Origin: Octopus bimaculoides
Lineage: Eukaryota
Direction: 5' to 3'
Length of the DNA: 64,000 nt
Assembly (NCBI RefSeq): GCF_001194135.2
Contig: NC_068984.1
Coordinates: 11,924,266 to 11,988,265 of the forward strand
Every line of letters starts with the position of its first letter. The first letter of the stretch is position 1. The notes beneath the pieces are model-generated. The model was not told the origin of the DNA, did no database searches, and was given only the letters and a program-made list of their open reading frames with translations. The position numbers and the translations under genes were made by a program. Below, one piece after another: positions 1-12,469 of this stretch.

Positions 1-40
1 GTCACTTCAAGATTTTGAGATTTAGGTGATAGACTATAAA

Positions 41-880
41 AAATATTCAGGCTAAATCTGACAGTTTGTGTAATACAAAAAGAAAACATATCCTATCCAA
101 AAATAAAAGTATTAAAAAAAATATTAACTAGATTTTGGCTGGGAGATAACAGTTTACTTAAAGTAACTGCTTTCAGCTTCCACCATGACCTCAAAATGCC
201 TCCAAAACCTGGCAGATGTACTCCTCGCTGTGGGCTGGGAAGATCTTCAAACTCCTTGATCTTGGCTGCCAGCTCAGTCTTACAGGCAGTGTTTTTTCTA
301 ACTGCACTCCACACATTGGATTACTATCAGGGGACTTAGGAGGCTAGAAATTGGGGATGGTGAAGTTGTAGAAATTCTCCGACAAACATTTCTGGAGTTA
401 TGGTAAGGACCTGAATCCTGCTTCATACATGACTTTCAAGCAATAACCCCCACCAGCCAGAGATTTGATCATAGTTTCCAGCAGATTCACATAGCCATCT
501 GAATTGAGCTTGAAACTCTGTTCAAAGATGTGAGGTGGCCTCTCAATGGAAACACACCCAAAGACCATCACCTTCCTGCTGATTATGGTTTCTTTGTCCC
601 CATTGCAGCTGTTCATGGTCATGTCTTACAGCCTTTACAGTGCTCACAGAGCAGCAGTCAGGAAGTAACGCAGTGTGAATTATCATGATACAGGTAACTC
701 TTTTCCAATATTCAGATGGCTTCCAATCCTTCATGTTAGCTAACGTCTTCTCAACTACAACTTTAATCTTTATGTTCTTCAATGCTACTGACTGTTCATC
801 AATACATCATTGTTCCTGAAAAACAAGGAGACATATAATATCGTCTAATTTAACCCCAAATCCTATAATTGTAAGTGACA
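41..880 (-). mobile_element. Degenerate Tc1/mariner-superfamily DNA transposon, maT/DD37D-like, 5'-truncated
   Basis: Frameshifted ORF pieces VMVFGCVS...PPHIFEQSFKLNSDGYVNLLET (398-622) and WSAV.KNT..KTELAAKIKE.FEDLP (93-314) follow the order of a maT-type transposase C-terminal half. A TIR-like end (TATTCAGGCTAAATCTGACAGTT) lies at ~43-65. The subfamily call is from recalled motifs. Confidence 0.75.
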
Positions 881-1262
881 GAGAAAATGTCCATTTTAAA
901 AGCACAACATTCCTTTTATAACTTGCTTGATGGAAACAGATAAATAGCTATTAGGGAGAAAAAAGGTAAATAGAAAGTATATATATAACTGAAAGGGTGT
1001 TCAAACTTTTAAATCATGTGAAAAAATGGTTTTTCATCATTTGGAAATACAGTAGTGATCTTTCTTATAGAAAGATTTACCCAATATGTATGGGTGGCTT
1101 GAACAATTTAAATCTTTCCAAAAGAGAATTCAAGCCAATCCATCAGATGATAACTCATTAACTGTAACTTAGTTTTTAATAATGAGCAGCCTAACATAAA
1201 CATTCCCTTATACTAGGAAATGAAGGATTAAAAACATTTTTTACAGGGAGAAATAAAGATTA

Positions 1263-1400
1263 ATATGGTTGTGTGGTTAAGAAGTTTGCTTTGCAACCAT
1301 GTGGCTTTGAGTTTGATCCCTTTTCACAGTACCTTAGTTTTTGGTTGACCAACACTTTTTGGATATGATTTGGAAGGCAAAAAATGTCACATCTTTCACC
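1263..1400 (+). mobile_element. Degenerate tRNA-headed SINE fragment
   Basis: ATGGTTGTGTGGTTAAGAAGTTTGCTTTGCAACCATGTGG...GAGTTTGATCCC; the same motif recurs at ~61760. Confidence 0.6.
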
Positions 1401-1607
1401 AATGTGTATGGTAAACATGAGGGATCAAACTGAAAATCAAGAGTTCTTCAAAACTAGTCCTTTACACTATGTTCTGTATGTAGTTACAGACAATCCGTTG
1501 TCACTTTTGCAGTCATAAACATAGTGAACCTGTGATTGTATTTGTGAATGATAGCATCATAGGTTACAGGTGTCTAATGATCCAATGTAAAATAAATGAC
1601 TCTTCAA

Positions 1608-1995
1608 CATCATCATCATGATCATGTTCACTTTTCTATGCTTGCATGAGTGAAATGGAATTTGCTGATGCAGATTCTCTTTGGCAAGATGCTCTTCTTG
1701 TTGCCAAGAATATAAACACTAATATTTCCCATGGTTAGACATATTTTTTATGGAAGATTGGAAAAGAACAACCTTGCTATGATAATACTCATTTACAACC
1801 ACCATGTAGTGCCAAGACAAGGGTTTTACCACACACCAGGCTTCCACATAGTTTTCATTTACCAAATCCACTCACAAGGTCTGGTTGGCTTGCAGGTTAT
1901 AGAAGATACTTGTCCAAGATGCACACAGCAGGAACAAACCCAAGGCCACATGGTTGGGAAGCAAGCTTTTTAACCACACAGCCACACCTGCACCT
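1608..1995. mobile_element. Composite SINE relics (CATCAT-tailed repeat plus a minus-strand tRNA-headed SINE)
   Basis: CATCATCATCATG...TTTTCTATGCTTGCATG, then AGAAGATACTTGTCCAAG...GGTTGGGAAGCAAGCTTTTTAACCACACAGCCA; these motifs recur many times in the window. Confidence 0.65.
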
Positions 1996-2949
1996 ATTGA
2001 CATATTTTGCTATCCGATACAGTATTTCAAGATGATAAACTTACTGGAAATGTAAAATACTGAGATTCTTTCCCAGTGTGTACGACTTTGTTTTACCAAT
2101 TCAAATAATCATAATTATGGATGGCAAGCAGACACTTTGTAAAGGGGTATTTTTAAAGAATATCTAATCTTACAGGATCAGATTAGTATTTACAGCAATG
2201 TAATGTTAATATATCACTGATTTATCCATTTGTAGTCACAATAACAAAATTATTGCCAAATTTTCAGAAAAATGAATTGCAAGATGGGGAATGGAACACT
2301 TTGGAAGAATTTTTTAGAGAGTCACTCATGGTGCTAAATGTAAATTTGAATTCAGCAGTAAAAGTATTGAAGAACTGATTTGATAACAAGGTCTTGGCTT
2401 CCAAATCTTTTGCTTCAATCTTCCTAATATTTGAAGAAATAACGCTAGAGTCCAAGGGTGGGTTTTTGTATGAAATGAATCTGATTAATTTGCTTCTCAC
2501 TGCACAATCTTTGGACAAGTAGGTTTGAATTATGAAGGGGAAAAGTGAATAAAACTACGGCTAAAGTACTAATTAGTAATAAAATCCATGAAAAGTCAAC
2601 AATATTAATTGAGGTGGGCTTCTTTGGGTTCCACAGGACAATTAGATCAAAACTTAATGCTATCACTACAAAAAAATATCTGCAGAAACTGTACATCGGG
2701 ATATTGAGTAGACTGATAAACTAAAATTATGAAAATATTATATGCATGGGAGAAACTAACAGTATAATTAGCTATTAAAAACCATGCATTGTTTAGTTGA
2801 CTTGCTAAAAGTTGTACATATGTAATGAAAGTAAGGGATAGGAGAAGTTTGAGTAATCATTATTCATTGATTTGCAATTAAGACTTTTACTTTCTGTATA
2901 CAAAAAGATTACACGAAAGAAGGGTAAACAATTTGATACTTATGACAGG

Positions 2950-3260
2950 AAATACAGAAGATATACTGCAATAAGGAATCAGTGGAATATAGTTAGCTAA
3001 GTGTGCAATACGAAGAGAGATGGAGTACAAAACAAGCTAAGAAGGTAACATAGTATTAAAACATTTAGTTAGTGTGTAATAGAAAGAGGACTACACTGAT
3101 TTGGACATGTAATACAAACTGACGAGATATGTTGTGAGAGCATATATGCTACAGAACTTTAGAAATGTTGAGGGAAATTTAGTTAAAGTGGATCTTAAGT
3201 TAGCTGTCAAAGGACTGGAGGTAAGAGAATTAGGCTTGTTTGTTGCTACAAATATTCTCT
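2950..3260 (+). mobile_element. RTE-clade LINE 3' relic
   Basis: Decayed RL.W.GHV-type region (AGAGGACTACACTGATTTGGACATGT), similar to the RTE relic at 15190-16010. Confidence 0.45.
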
Positions 3261-3495
3261 AATTCCAGATACCAATTACTCTAGGAAATTAAATTAGTAC
3301 AGATTTATCAGTTAGTTACTGGAGGTAGACTGATCTCATGGCCTACCAGCCGTATTCATGCCATGGCCTTGATAACATCACCAATAAACAATATCATTAA
3401 CTCGCTCACTAGCTTCATCAATAACAACAATCTAAGAAATTTGGTTAATGTTAAAGTCTAATTATATAATAATGATAATATACATAATTCTCTTG

Positions 3496-3526
<31 letters not shown>

Positions 3527-3779
3527 TTACTATCTTTCAACAGGAAGTAAAATGCCCTTCTGATTATGATTATCCAATGTCACCAATATTCTGCTAAAAC
3601 ATAGACAGCTAAATAATATTCAGCTGACTTAATAAGACCAGAAAATAGATCGGGTTTGATTTTGGTATGTAAAAAGTGAAACTAATGTCAGAATTGCATA
3701 ACAGAGCAAGATTTTTTATTTATTTTTTTATTTATGTTTTTTTTTTATACTGTATTTCACATTTAAAATATTCTGAACA

Positions 3780-5450
3780 AGAAAGGAGTGTGTGCTAATG
3801 AGGTGACCAGAAAGAATCAAATTTTAAAAAACGAATATAGCGATATGCCATCACCGGAGTAAATCTATTTAGGATCAAAGACTGCTTTATTTATTTGTTT
3901 TGTGAGCACACTATTTTGACGAAATGCCGACATGTGTGTTTATATGCGTAAGACAGACATTTAAACATTTTTCCAGTTAATAAATTCCGAATACGAATAT
4001 CTTAAAATTCGTGAAATACACGAAGATTAAATTAATACCAAAACAATGTTTTCTAAATTTAATTTCGATTCTATTTCTTTATAGTGATGGATAATCAATC
4101 TTGAAGTCGTATGCAATGTTTGTGTTTATACGTATTAACAAAACAGAGACAGTAATTAAAAATTAAAACTTTCACTGCTCCAATTAGTTTTTCATACGTT
4201 TAATACTAAATACATTAATATGTTTATTACAAAAATAAACCAGAAATGATGAAAACAAATGGAGATATTTTCGTAAGACATGTCAATCAACTACAGTTAT
4301 AAAAATTACAAGTTATTATTATTATTATTATCATCATCATCAGAAGAAGAGACAGGTAATAAAACTTTTAAAATATAGTAACAAGTTGTAAAGTGAATAG
4401 TCGAAAAGAATCAGCCGTTTATCAAGTAACTTAACTTTTAATCAAGCAACCAGCTGCTATTAAAGCAGAATATTCCTAGAGCCTTTAAAAAAATAATAAA
4501 AGGCTTTTATTTGCATTATCAGAAATGGTGGACAAATAATAAAAGAACGTGGATGCAATGTAAAAGATACATAAACAACAGTAACTAAATAATAAATAAT
4601 AATAATAATAAATAATCATAATAATAATAATCACAACAACTAGTAATACTAATAACTATGCCAACAATGACAACTAATTCGGATATTGCTAAATCAAAAA
4701 CAACACCGTTTTCGTTAGAAAAAGCAAAAGTAGAAACACCGTATAAGACACATCGTGTTTTTAGTAATCCTTGTGCAGTAACAAAGGACGATGAAACGAA
4801 ATCAGAGGAGTGACAGCGAGAAAGACAACAACAATAAAAGAGCAGGCTTCTAGAGAAGAAGAAGAAGAAGAAGATGGAAATTTAGGCAAAGGGTGAGAGA
4901 AGAAAGAAGAGAGAGAGGGGGGAAAGAAAAAGCATGAGTGGTAGCAGCGATAGCGGTGGTAGTGCATTAAAATGTGAGCAAAGAGGAGATAATATCCCGA
5001 GCTGACGATATACAAGACATTGTAGCAGGAGCAAGAACTACAACTGAAGACAGATGAAGAAACGATATTTACAAAAACAATACCTGAATACCAGTACATT
5101 GGGCTCTGACAATTTCTACCGGTGGTTTTTGAACAGGTCAAAGGCTGTTGCTTTAGTGCCTTCACATGGCTATTTATAGCAGGAGTTGATTTCTTTGTTG
5201 TAACCGATGTTCACAGAAATTTCCAGCCTAACAGCAAGGACTGCTTAGCAAAGGGACACTGACAATTGTCTGCCTGTCTGCCTGCTTGCCTGACCGGCTG
5301 TCTGCCTACATCATTGATTGGCTACATTCCACACTTCTTTTATATAGCAACAAAGGCCAACACTCAGATAAAGTGAATATTTTCAAATAAGAATATAAAT
5401 AAAATAAATTTTCATTTCGGTCCTTAAATATTTTTAATAAATGAAAAATT
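3780..5450. promoter_or_regulatory. CpG-retaining, repeat-free promoter / first-exon-like region
   Basis: Visibly more CpG than the flanks, (TAA)n/(CAT)n/(GAA)n tracts, CTATTTATAG (MEF2 consensus CTAWWWWTAG; TATAAATAG on minus) at 5170-5179, ATTGG (CCAAT box) at 5317-5321. Confidence 0.4.
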
Positions 5451-6144
5451 AATTTCGCATCTATTTTTTTTTTTAAATAAAATTCTCAATACGAATCAAA
5501 TTTTAACTGATTGAATTTTAAAGGAAGGGGAGGAGGAAAAAAACCTAAGAATTCAATATTGATGCATATTTATTTTCTCCAAAATTAATCTAGAGAAATA
5601 ATAAATCTGTAGTTCTAGGTTGTTTTGTAAATAAATCTAGGAGGGATCATATATATATATATATAAGTATATGGGGGGAACAACTATCCAAGGAGTATTT
5701 TTGTGTGGCTAGAATTCAAAAGATGCATGACTGCAACATTTTTTGCTTGGTTGCTTTTTTTAAAATTATTTTTTCACTGTTAGACGTATTTTCAATTAAA
5801 TATTTGAATAACATTTGTTTATTTTACTAAGATTTTCCATAATTCCTATCCTAATTAAATACAACTGTAAATAATATTTACAAAATGAAAATGACAAATA
5901 CAACTTCATTAAAGAAACCAATCTCATAGGCCAAATTATACTAGTGAATATAAAAGGATCATATGATTTAAAGTATTGCAATGTGTGTGGATAAAATTCT
6001 GGTTTTAATTAAGCAAAAGGGTTAGTCGCAAAAGAATCAGAACTGAAACTAATCTAATTCTAAACATTCTAGTTAGTAGTTGTAAAATTTTTGGACACAC
6101 ACCAATAATGGCAATATAACCAACAAATGCCAAAGAGCACTCAC

Positions 6145-6196
6145 TGGCTAACAGGCTGAGACAAAGCACAAAAAGCAATAACTGTGGTCTGGTCAT
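6145..6196 (-). CDS. Candidate 52-nt exon; one frame reads as a signal peptide (MTRPQLLLFVLCLSLLA, phase 1)
   Basis: Minus-strand acceptor TCTTTTATAG directly before the ATG and donor GTGAGT after 6145. An alternative open frame reads DQTTVIAFCALSQPVS. No homologue recognised. Confidence 0.3.
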
Positions 6197-6419
6197 CTAT
6201 AAAAGATTACGGACTGTAGCAATGGATCACTAAAATAGGAAGAGAGAGAACACTTACTAACTAGGTAGCAGTATATTATTTGACATAGACTAGACAATAG
6301 TTAGAATTGGTATAAGAAGTTAAAAGTATAGAGAATTTTACAATCATACTAAATATATTCTCTCTATACATAAGGCTAACCTGATACATTAAATCAAATT
6401 ATATATAGATGCAGGCCTA

Positions 6420-6945
6420 CTGTGTGACACCTTGAGCAAGTGTCTTTGGTAGACAGAAACTAAAAGAAGGCGAAGGCGGCGAGCTGGCAGAAATATTAGT
6501 ATGTCGGGTGAAATGCTTAGCAGTATTTTGTCTGCCATTACGTTCTGAGTTCAATTTCCGCCGAGGTCGACTTTGCCATTCATCCTTTTGGGGTCGATAT
6601 AATCGACTTAATCCCTTTCTCTGTCCTTGTTTGTCCCCTCTATGTTTAGCCCCTTGTGGGCAATAAAGAAATAAGAAACTAAAAGAAGGTGGCAAGCTAG
6701 CAGAAACGTTAGCACGCCAGGCGAAATGCTTAGCGGTATTTCGTCTGCCGCTACGTTCTGAGTTCAAATCCTGCCGAGGTTGACTTTGCCTTTCATCCTT
6801 TCAGGGTCGATTAAATAAGTACCAGTTACGCACTGGGGATCGATGTAATCGACTTAATCCGTTTGTCTGTCCTTGTTTGCCCTCTCTGTGTGTAGCCCCT
6901 TGTGGGCAGTAAAGAAATAAGAAACTAAAAGAAGTCTATCATATA
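6420..6945 (+). mobile_element. Host SINE interrupted by two tandem younger SINE copies (6470-6673, 6689-6919)
   Basis: Both copies read GGCGGCGAGCTGGCAGAA...GTTCTGAGTTCAAAT...GCCCCTTGTGGGC..TAAAGAAAT. AGAAACTAAAAGAAG occurs at 6455, 6674 and 6920. Confidence 0.85.
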
Positions 6946-6949
6946 TATA

Positions 6950-7600
6950 ATCACCATCATTATCATTGAACATCCATTTTTCCATGCTGGCAGACAGTTT
7001 CAGGAGTTGGCAAGCCAGATGACTGCACCAAGCTCTACTGTCAGTTTTGACATGGTTTCTGCAGCTGAATGCCCTTCCTAATGCCAACCACTTTACAGAA
7101 TGCACTGGGTACTTCTTATGTGGTACCAGCACCAATAAGGATACCAAGTCACTTGCAAGACAAAAACCCTTCAACTGAAGGGCAAGTGGTATTGAGGGAG
7201 GTGGCTTTTGTGCCAGGGCAAAAGAGATTAAGAGATAAGAGAAATAGGTGCCTTACAGTAGGAGATACATGACTACCTCTGATGGAAGAAGAGAAGAGAC
7301 AAAGAGAGAGGATGGTGATGAAGATATGTTGGACACAGCCTCAAGTTACAGGGAGTAGTACATAAGTGGTACAGAAGATTGGATAGGGTTAAGGGGCAGG
7401 AAAGTTCACAAGAGTGTGAAAGTAGTGGGAAATGGTGGGGAGGGGGATTAAGAAGATGAGTTGCAGGGAGAGACACTCATTAGGAACAAGTCTGTGATAG
7501 TGTAAAAGGAGACTAGGAGATGGGGGGGAGGGACATAGTGAATGGTGAACACAAGCGGAGGGAGGGAAGGATGTTAGGTAGAGGAGTTGCAGGGAAGAGA
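6950..7600. mobile_element. CATCAT-tailed repeat plus RTE-derived purine-rich relic
   Basis: CATCATTATCATTGAACATCCATTTTTCCATGCTGGCA...GAATGCCCTTCCTAATGCCAACCACT; copies recur at ~16200-16345, 32900-33010, 36590-36780, 51500-51680 and 53640-53835. Confidence 0.7.
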
Positions 7601-7651
7601 GGAATAGATAGAAACAACAAGCCTTAAGAGCCTCATTTTAACTTAGGTAGA

Positions 7652-7653
<2 letters not shown>

Positions 7654-7698
<45 letters not shown>
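7654..7698. repeat. (TG)n microsatellite
   Basis: Uninterrupted TG run. Confidence 0.95.
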
Positions 7699-7699
<1 letters not shown>

Positions 7700-7970
7700 A
7701 TGAATGTATCCATATGTTACTGTTTCCTTGCCTTGACATATTGTTAATTGTAAACAGGTGACACTGTCATGCAAGTAGTGTCCTTTGTTCCCAGTCTTCT
7801 GTCATGCCTGGTCATAGGGAAATATCACCCTACCTGGAAACAGGTGAGGGTTGGTGACAGGCAGAGCATCCACCCATAGAAAATCTGCCTCAATAAATTC
7901 CACCCAGCCAGTGCAAGCATGGTAAAGTACAGATTAAAATGACGATGACGATTACACAAACACAAACACA

Positions 7971-8798
7971 CCAAGTAGTATCAAAAAGTTCCCAGGCTAG
8001 TTATGTTTAATAAAAAAAATAACTTATTTACCCAAGTTATAACATCATCTCCTTTGAAATAGTCACCTTGTGCAGTAATACACTTGTCCTGTTGTTCCTG
8101 CCACTTTTGGAATGCGACCTGGAAGTCATTTTCCGTAAGTGAGTTGAGGACCTTCTGTGATTCACTCTGAATCTCAGCAACAGTGTTAAAACAGTGACCT
8201 TTGAACTGCATTTTCATCTTGGGGAAGAGATGGAAGTCCACATGTGCTAAATTCGGCAAATAGGGCAGGTGTGGAAGTGATACCATGTTGTTTTTGGTGA
8301 GAAACTCACACGCGAGGAGAGCTTGGTGAAGAATCTAATTCTTCGCCCTCCACAGACCCAGGAGCTTTCATCAAATGTCCTCCCTCAAGTGCTTCAAAAC
8401 ATCGCAGTAGAACTCTCAATGCACCATAATACATTTCCAGGGGTGACACTTGTGCTAGATCTTCTGCTTTTGAAGTGACTGTGCAACTCGAAACACCGTA
8501 TACAACTCATTGCCCCATCGCTGTTAAGCTTGCAGAAGCATGCTCAACATCTCTGTAGCAGACTCCCTAAGTTTAATGCAAAATTTCATGTTGGCTCTTT
8601 GTTCTTGTCCATAAAATCACAGACTATAGCAAACACATGATCACAAAAAAAGACAAATTTCACAACTTGCAAAGTAAACACAGCAATGTCACTTGGCACA
8701 CTGCCTTATGAAGGTGACTGCTAGCTTTTATTGCACATGCAACCATGTGCTGTTGGCTTGCTACAGAACTAGTCCAGGAACTTTTTGATACCACTTTG
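7971..8798 (-). mobile_element. Internally deleted non-autonomous mariner (DD34D) element
   Basis: Imperfect ~30-bp TIRs (CCAAGTAGTATCAAAAAGTTCCCAGGCTAGT / ACTAGTCCAGGAACTTTTTGATACCACTTTG). C-terminus LPHLPYLPNLAHVDFHLFPKMK...QGDYFKGD is at 7981-8286 and an N-terminal KL.ESATEMLSML relic at ~8500-8575; the middle of the transposase is missing. Confidence 0.85.
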
Positions 8799-8918
8799 TG
8801 TGTGTGTGTGTGTGTTTGTAATGGTTTTACAATATCTTGAAATAAAAAATATTGTGAATGAATGAAAACAAATGAAATATTCTTTTAAAACGATGAATGA
8901 ATTTGGTTCGATATACAG

Positions 8919-9746
8919 TGAATGTTGGACAGTGGTATTATGTGTTGAAAGCCGTCATAAGCAAAAGTAGGCTGAGGTCAGAGAACGCTAGAAAAGATAT
9001 CTTAGTGAGGTGTGCAATCTGTGCATAAATTACTTAAGTAAATTTGTTAAACCAATGTCAATAGAGAAAAAAGAATACTTAAAACCAATAATATATAGAT
9101 TAGTTTAGCTTTTATATGTATCCTTTTAAAAAAAATTCTATATATCTATATTTTTTTCCATAATTTATTGATTCTTTTGATGTATTTGGAAAACTGAGGG
9201 GGAAAAAACTCTTAAACATCTCATATTCCAGTAACATTTTGTTTTAGGTAAATAGTTTGATATTGATGTTTGTATCAATTGTAAATGTGTTGTTTTACTA
9301 CTTTGCTTGTTCAAACCAGTGAGTTGCGACTATACTGAAGGCACAGCCATTAAATCCCTTAGTCTAATAAAAATAATTTCTTTATATGTTCACTATGAGT
9401 TGAGTTTAGTCAAAGAGATCAGGTTTGTTGATAAACAACTGGCTTTATAGCTTTGACTCTTGCCTTATATTTCAATTGTAATATTCAGGTCTTGTTCCTC
9501 ATTTCCAAACTATGTTCTCATGTTTTGTTGCTTAGTCCCACGTCAACCTTGCTTGAGCGTATGTACCAGCAAAAGCATTCTAGTAATGACCATCATAGTT
9601 TTCAAAGCAGTGTATCAAGGACTACTTATATATTTTCCTGCCTTTCTTTCTTTCTTTTTAGCTTGAAAGGATGTGTTATGTAGGAGACTTGGCTGATATG
9701 TTTAGCAAGTCAAAAAGCTACGTAAATGTTCTCTTGTTGGCTATGT
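8919..9746 (+). other. Three candidate exons (8919-9009, 9489-9558, 9662-9746) of a spliced plus-strand transcript
   Basis: The 103-nt intron 9559-9661 starts GTATGT and ends in a long polypyrimidine tract + AG; GTAAGT donor at 9747. The exons join in one open frame (NVGQWYYVLK...LERMCYVGDLADMFSKSKSYVNVLLLAM). No protein family recognised. Confidence 0.35.
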
Positions 9747-11366
9747 GTAAGTTTACAACATTTATTTTGGTCTAGGCCTTTCTTATATATCCCATAAATA
9801 AATTAGAAAAGAAAGCATGACATTTTCATAAATATTTCTAAATTTAATTTTTCTTCACAATGCTCATATTAAACTACCAATCAATCTTTGTCTGATATAT
9901 AGGCCAGTCAAAGAATGGATTGATTTAAATAAAGCTAACACAATATAAACAACAGCAATGCTTCATGTAAACAAGTTGATTTTCATTAACTGTAATGATT
10001 TTAGATTAAATCAATTGAATTAAAAATAATAATAATAATAATAATGTTAACTGGTTTTTAAGACAAAAGTAGACCAAAGATATAACTTAGAAGAATAAGA
10101 AATGATGAAAACCACAAATAGCTGGAAAGTGAGCAGGCAACACTACAGATTTATAATGATGGAAGCTAACAGAAAAATCAGGTGTGAAACTACCAACAAT
10201 ACTGAAAAGGTTTTAGCACAAATACGCAACAACAGTGAATATTATAAAACAAATTTCGTTCTGAATTTTGTGATTTAACAACTTTTTTGCTAAATCACTT
10301 CATTCTTTTTGCTAATTTTCACAACACATGTTCTGGTTATTTTATAAATCAATATGGATCTTTTCTCTTCAAAGAAAATACATATGACACCTTCAATTTC
10401 CAATCACTTCTGAATTCAGTTTATCCTAAATTCCATTATATCTGCTGGATTTCTTTTTACTCCTTCAGAAAATCATTCCACCATATGCCCCACCACCACT
10501 ATCAATTTTCAATATTCTATAATATTCAGAATATATATTAGTGCAGATGCAGACGAATAAGATGGAAGAGGAACAAGTACAGAAGAAATTCACTTTGTGT
10601 TTAAATCCACAATTATTATAATAAAAAATAAATGCTATTCTCTGTCACAACCTACAGTTTCTCATGAGTATGCATTTGTTAGGGCAGTAAAAGGATATAT
10701 ATATACCAAACATCATGTACATATAATTTTAATGATTATGATAATGGAGTTTTAGAAAGGATTCTATCAAAATACTACAAGCAAATGAAATATAAACACT
10801 CAGAGAAGTGACAAGTGTATTCATAATATTGTTTATCTAGTTAATAATATATAAATTTAGAGAGGAAGTTTGTACAAGCTAAAAGTAAAAGAAAAACTAG
10901 GAGAAAGCAAGTTAAAATAAGCCTTCATACAGTATATCACTCTTAGAAATGCATTGCTAGCAAATTACAATCACTGTTGACATAATGGAAGATAGAATTT
11001 CTTATGTATAATAAATTTTAGATTAACAGAACTAACAGGACTATGTTAACAAGATGTACAAAAATGTGAAATTTGCATGAAAGAATTAAATTCTATTTCG
11101 TTTCATGGAAATAATAAATACAAGAAATATACTAACATAACTTAGTGTAAATAAAAAAAAACAACAAATTAATATGTTAAAGAAAATTCCATTTTTGTAC
11201 AATTATCTTTAAAATACATGCAGACAACATCAATTCTATATTAAATACGTAATAATATTGACAGACTTATTTTAGACAACTTTATATATAATAATGTTCA
11301 TAAACTTGTCTTTTAAGAAGTTATTCTCAGTGTCCATAGAAGATGCAGCTTTGCAGACTATTGGTT

Positions 11367-11397
<31 letters not shown>

Positions 11398-12469
11398 TAT
11401 TACATCAATAATGCTTCCTCTAAGTGTTTAGAGTTTGAATAAAGGAATTATTTTATAAGATATGAAACATCAAGAATGAACTACATTAATCTAAAAAATC
11501 TCATGATAAACTCTAAAGATGAGGCTTAACCAAGAAAACTGTACATCAGTAATCAAACTAATAAAATTATATTTTGTTCAAAATACTATTGATGTTATTA
11601 ATTTGTACTGATTGCATCACTATTGTTTGAATAGCTAATGAGATGATTATACTTGCGACCATTTAGGAAATTGTATAATGAATTATATGATGATAAACTT
11701 GTTTTGAAAGATATGAAAAGATTTGTATTTGGTAGAACAAAAGCATTATTTTAATTGAAAGTATTTATTTATAAATAAGAGCATTATTGAGATTAAGCCA
11801 TTTTCCATGCGCTGGTCACTATAAGACAACACAATATTTGGAGCTGATGGTAAGAGGGGTAAACAAGATATGTCCTTAACAGAATCCAAAACACATACAC
11901 TATTATATATCACAAATAAAGGCTTCAACATACAATACACAGTCATATAAAACTAATATTCAGTAACATTAACAACTCACTTATAAAAAGAAAGGTCCAT
12001 CTTCCAGGTATCGCCAATCAAATAATACCATACAAAATAACAGCAATTTCATTCTGAAATAAGCATAAAGGGAACACTAAAGCTTTCTCAACAGTAATTG
12101 AAGCAAATTGTGAGCATATCTAGATCAATATCCTATGTGGGAATAACAGGCAAACTATTAATACCACCATACGGAATTATTTGGAAAATATATGAAATGA
12201 AATAAATACAAAACAGAACATTTCAGATAATTTTTGGTCACCAATGGTGCAAGACAAGGATCTGGAATCATCATTTAAAAGACACTAAAAATCTAAGAAT
12301 TTGTTTGAGGTCAATGGGTATCATCTGTGTGGCTTTGAATTCAGTAATATAAGGTGTGGTTAAATCTTAAAGTGAATCTTTATTAATAGTAAGTGTTGTG
12401 ATTTATGGCCATCACATATGAATTTCAGTTATTGCAATAGCTTTTACTTGTTTCAGTGATCAGACTGAA

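Noticed and set aside
4761-5165. 134-aa minus-strand ORF
   Set aside because: It runs through (CTT)n and CT-rich tracts, is Ser/Phe-rich and has no domain. It is best explained as UTR or promoter sequence.
6417-7174. 116-aa and 106-aa ORFs
   Set aside because: They are antisense read-through of SINE copies.
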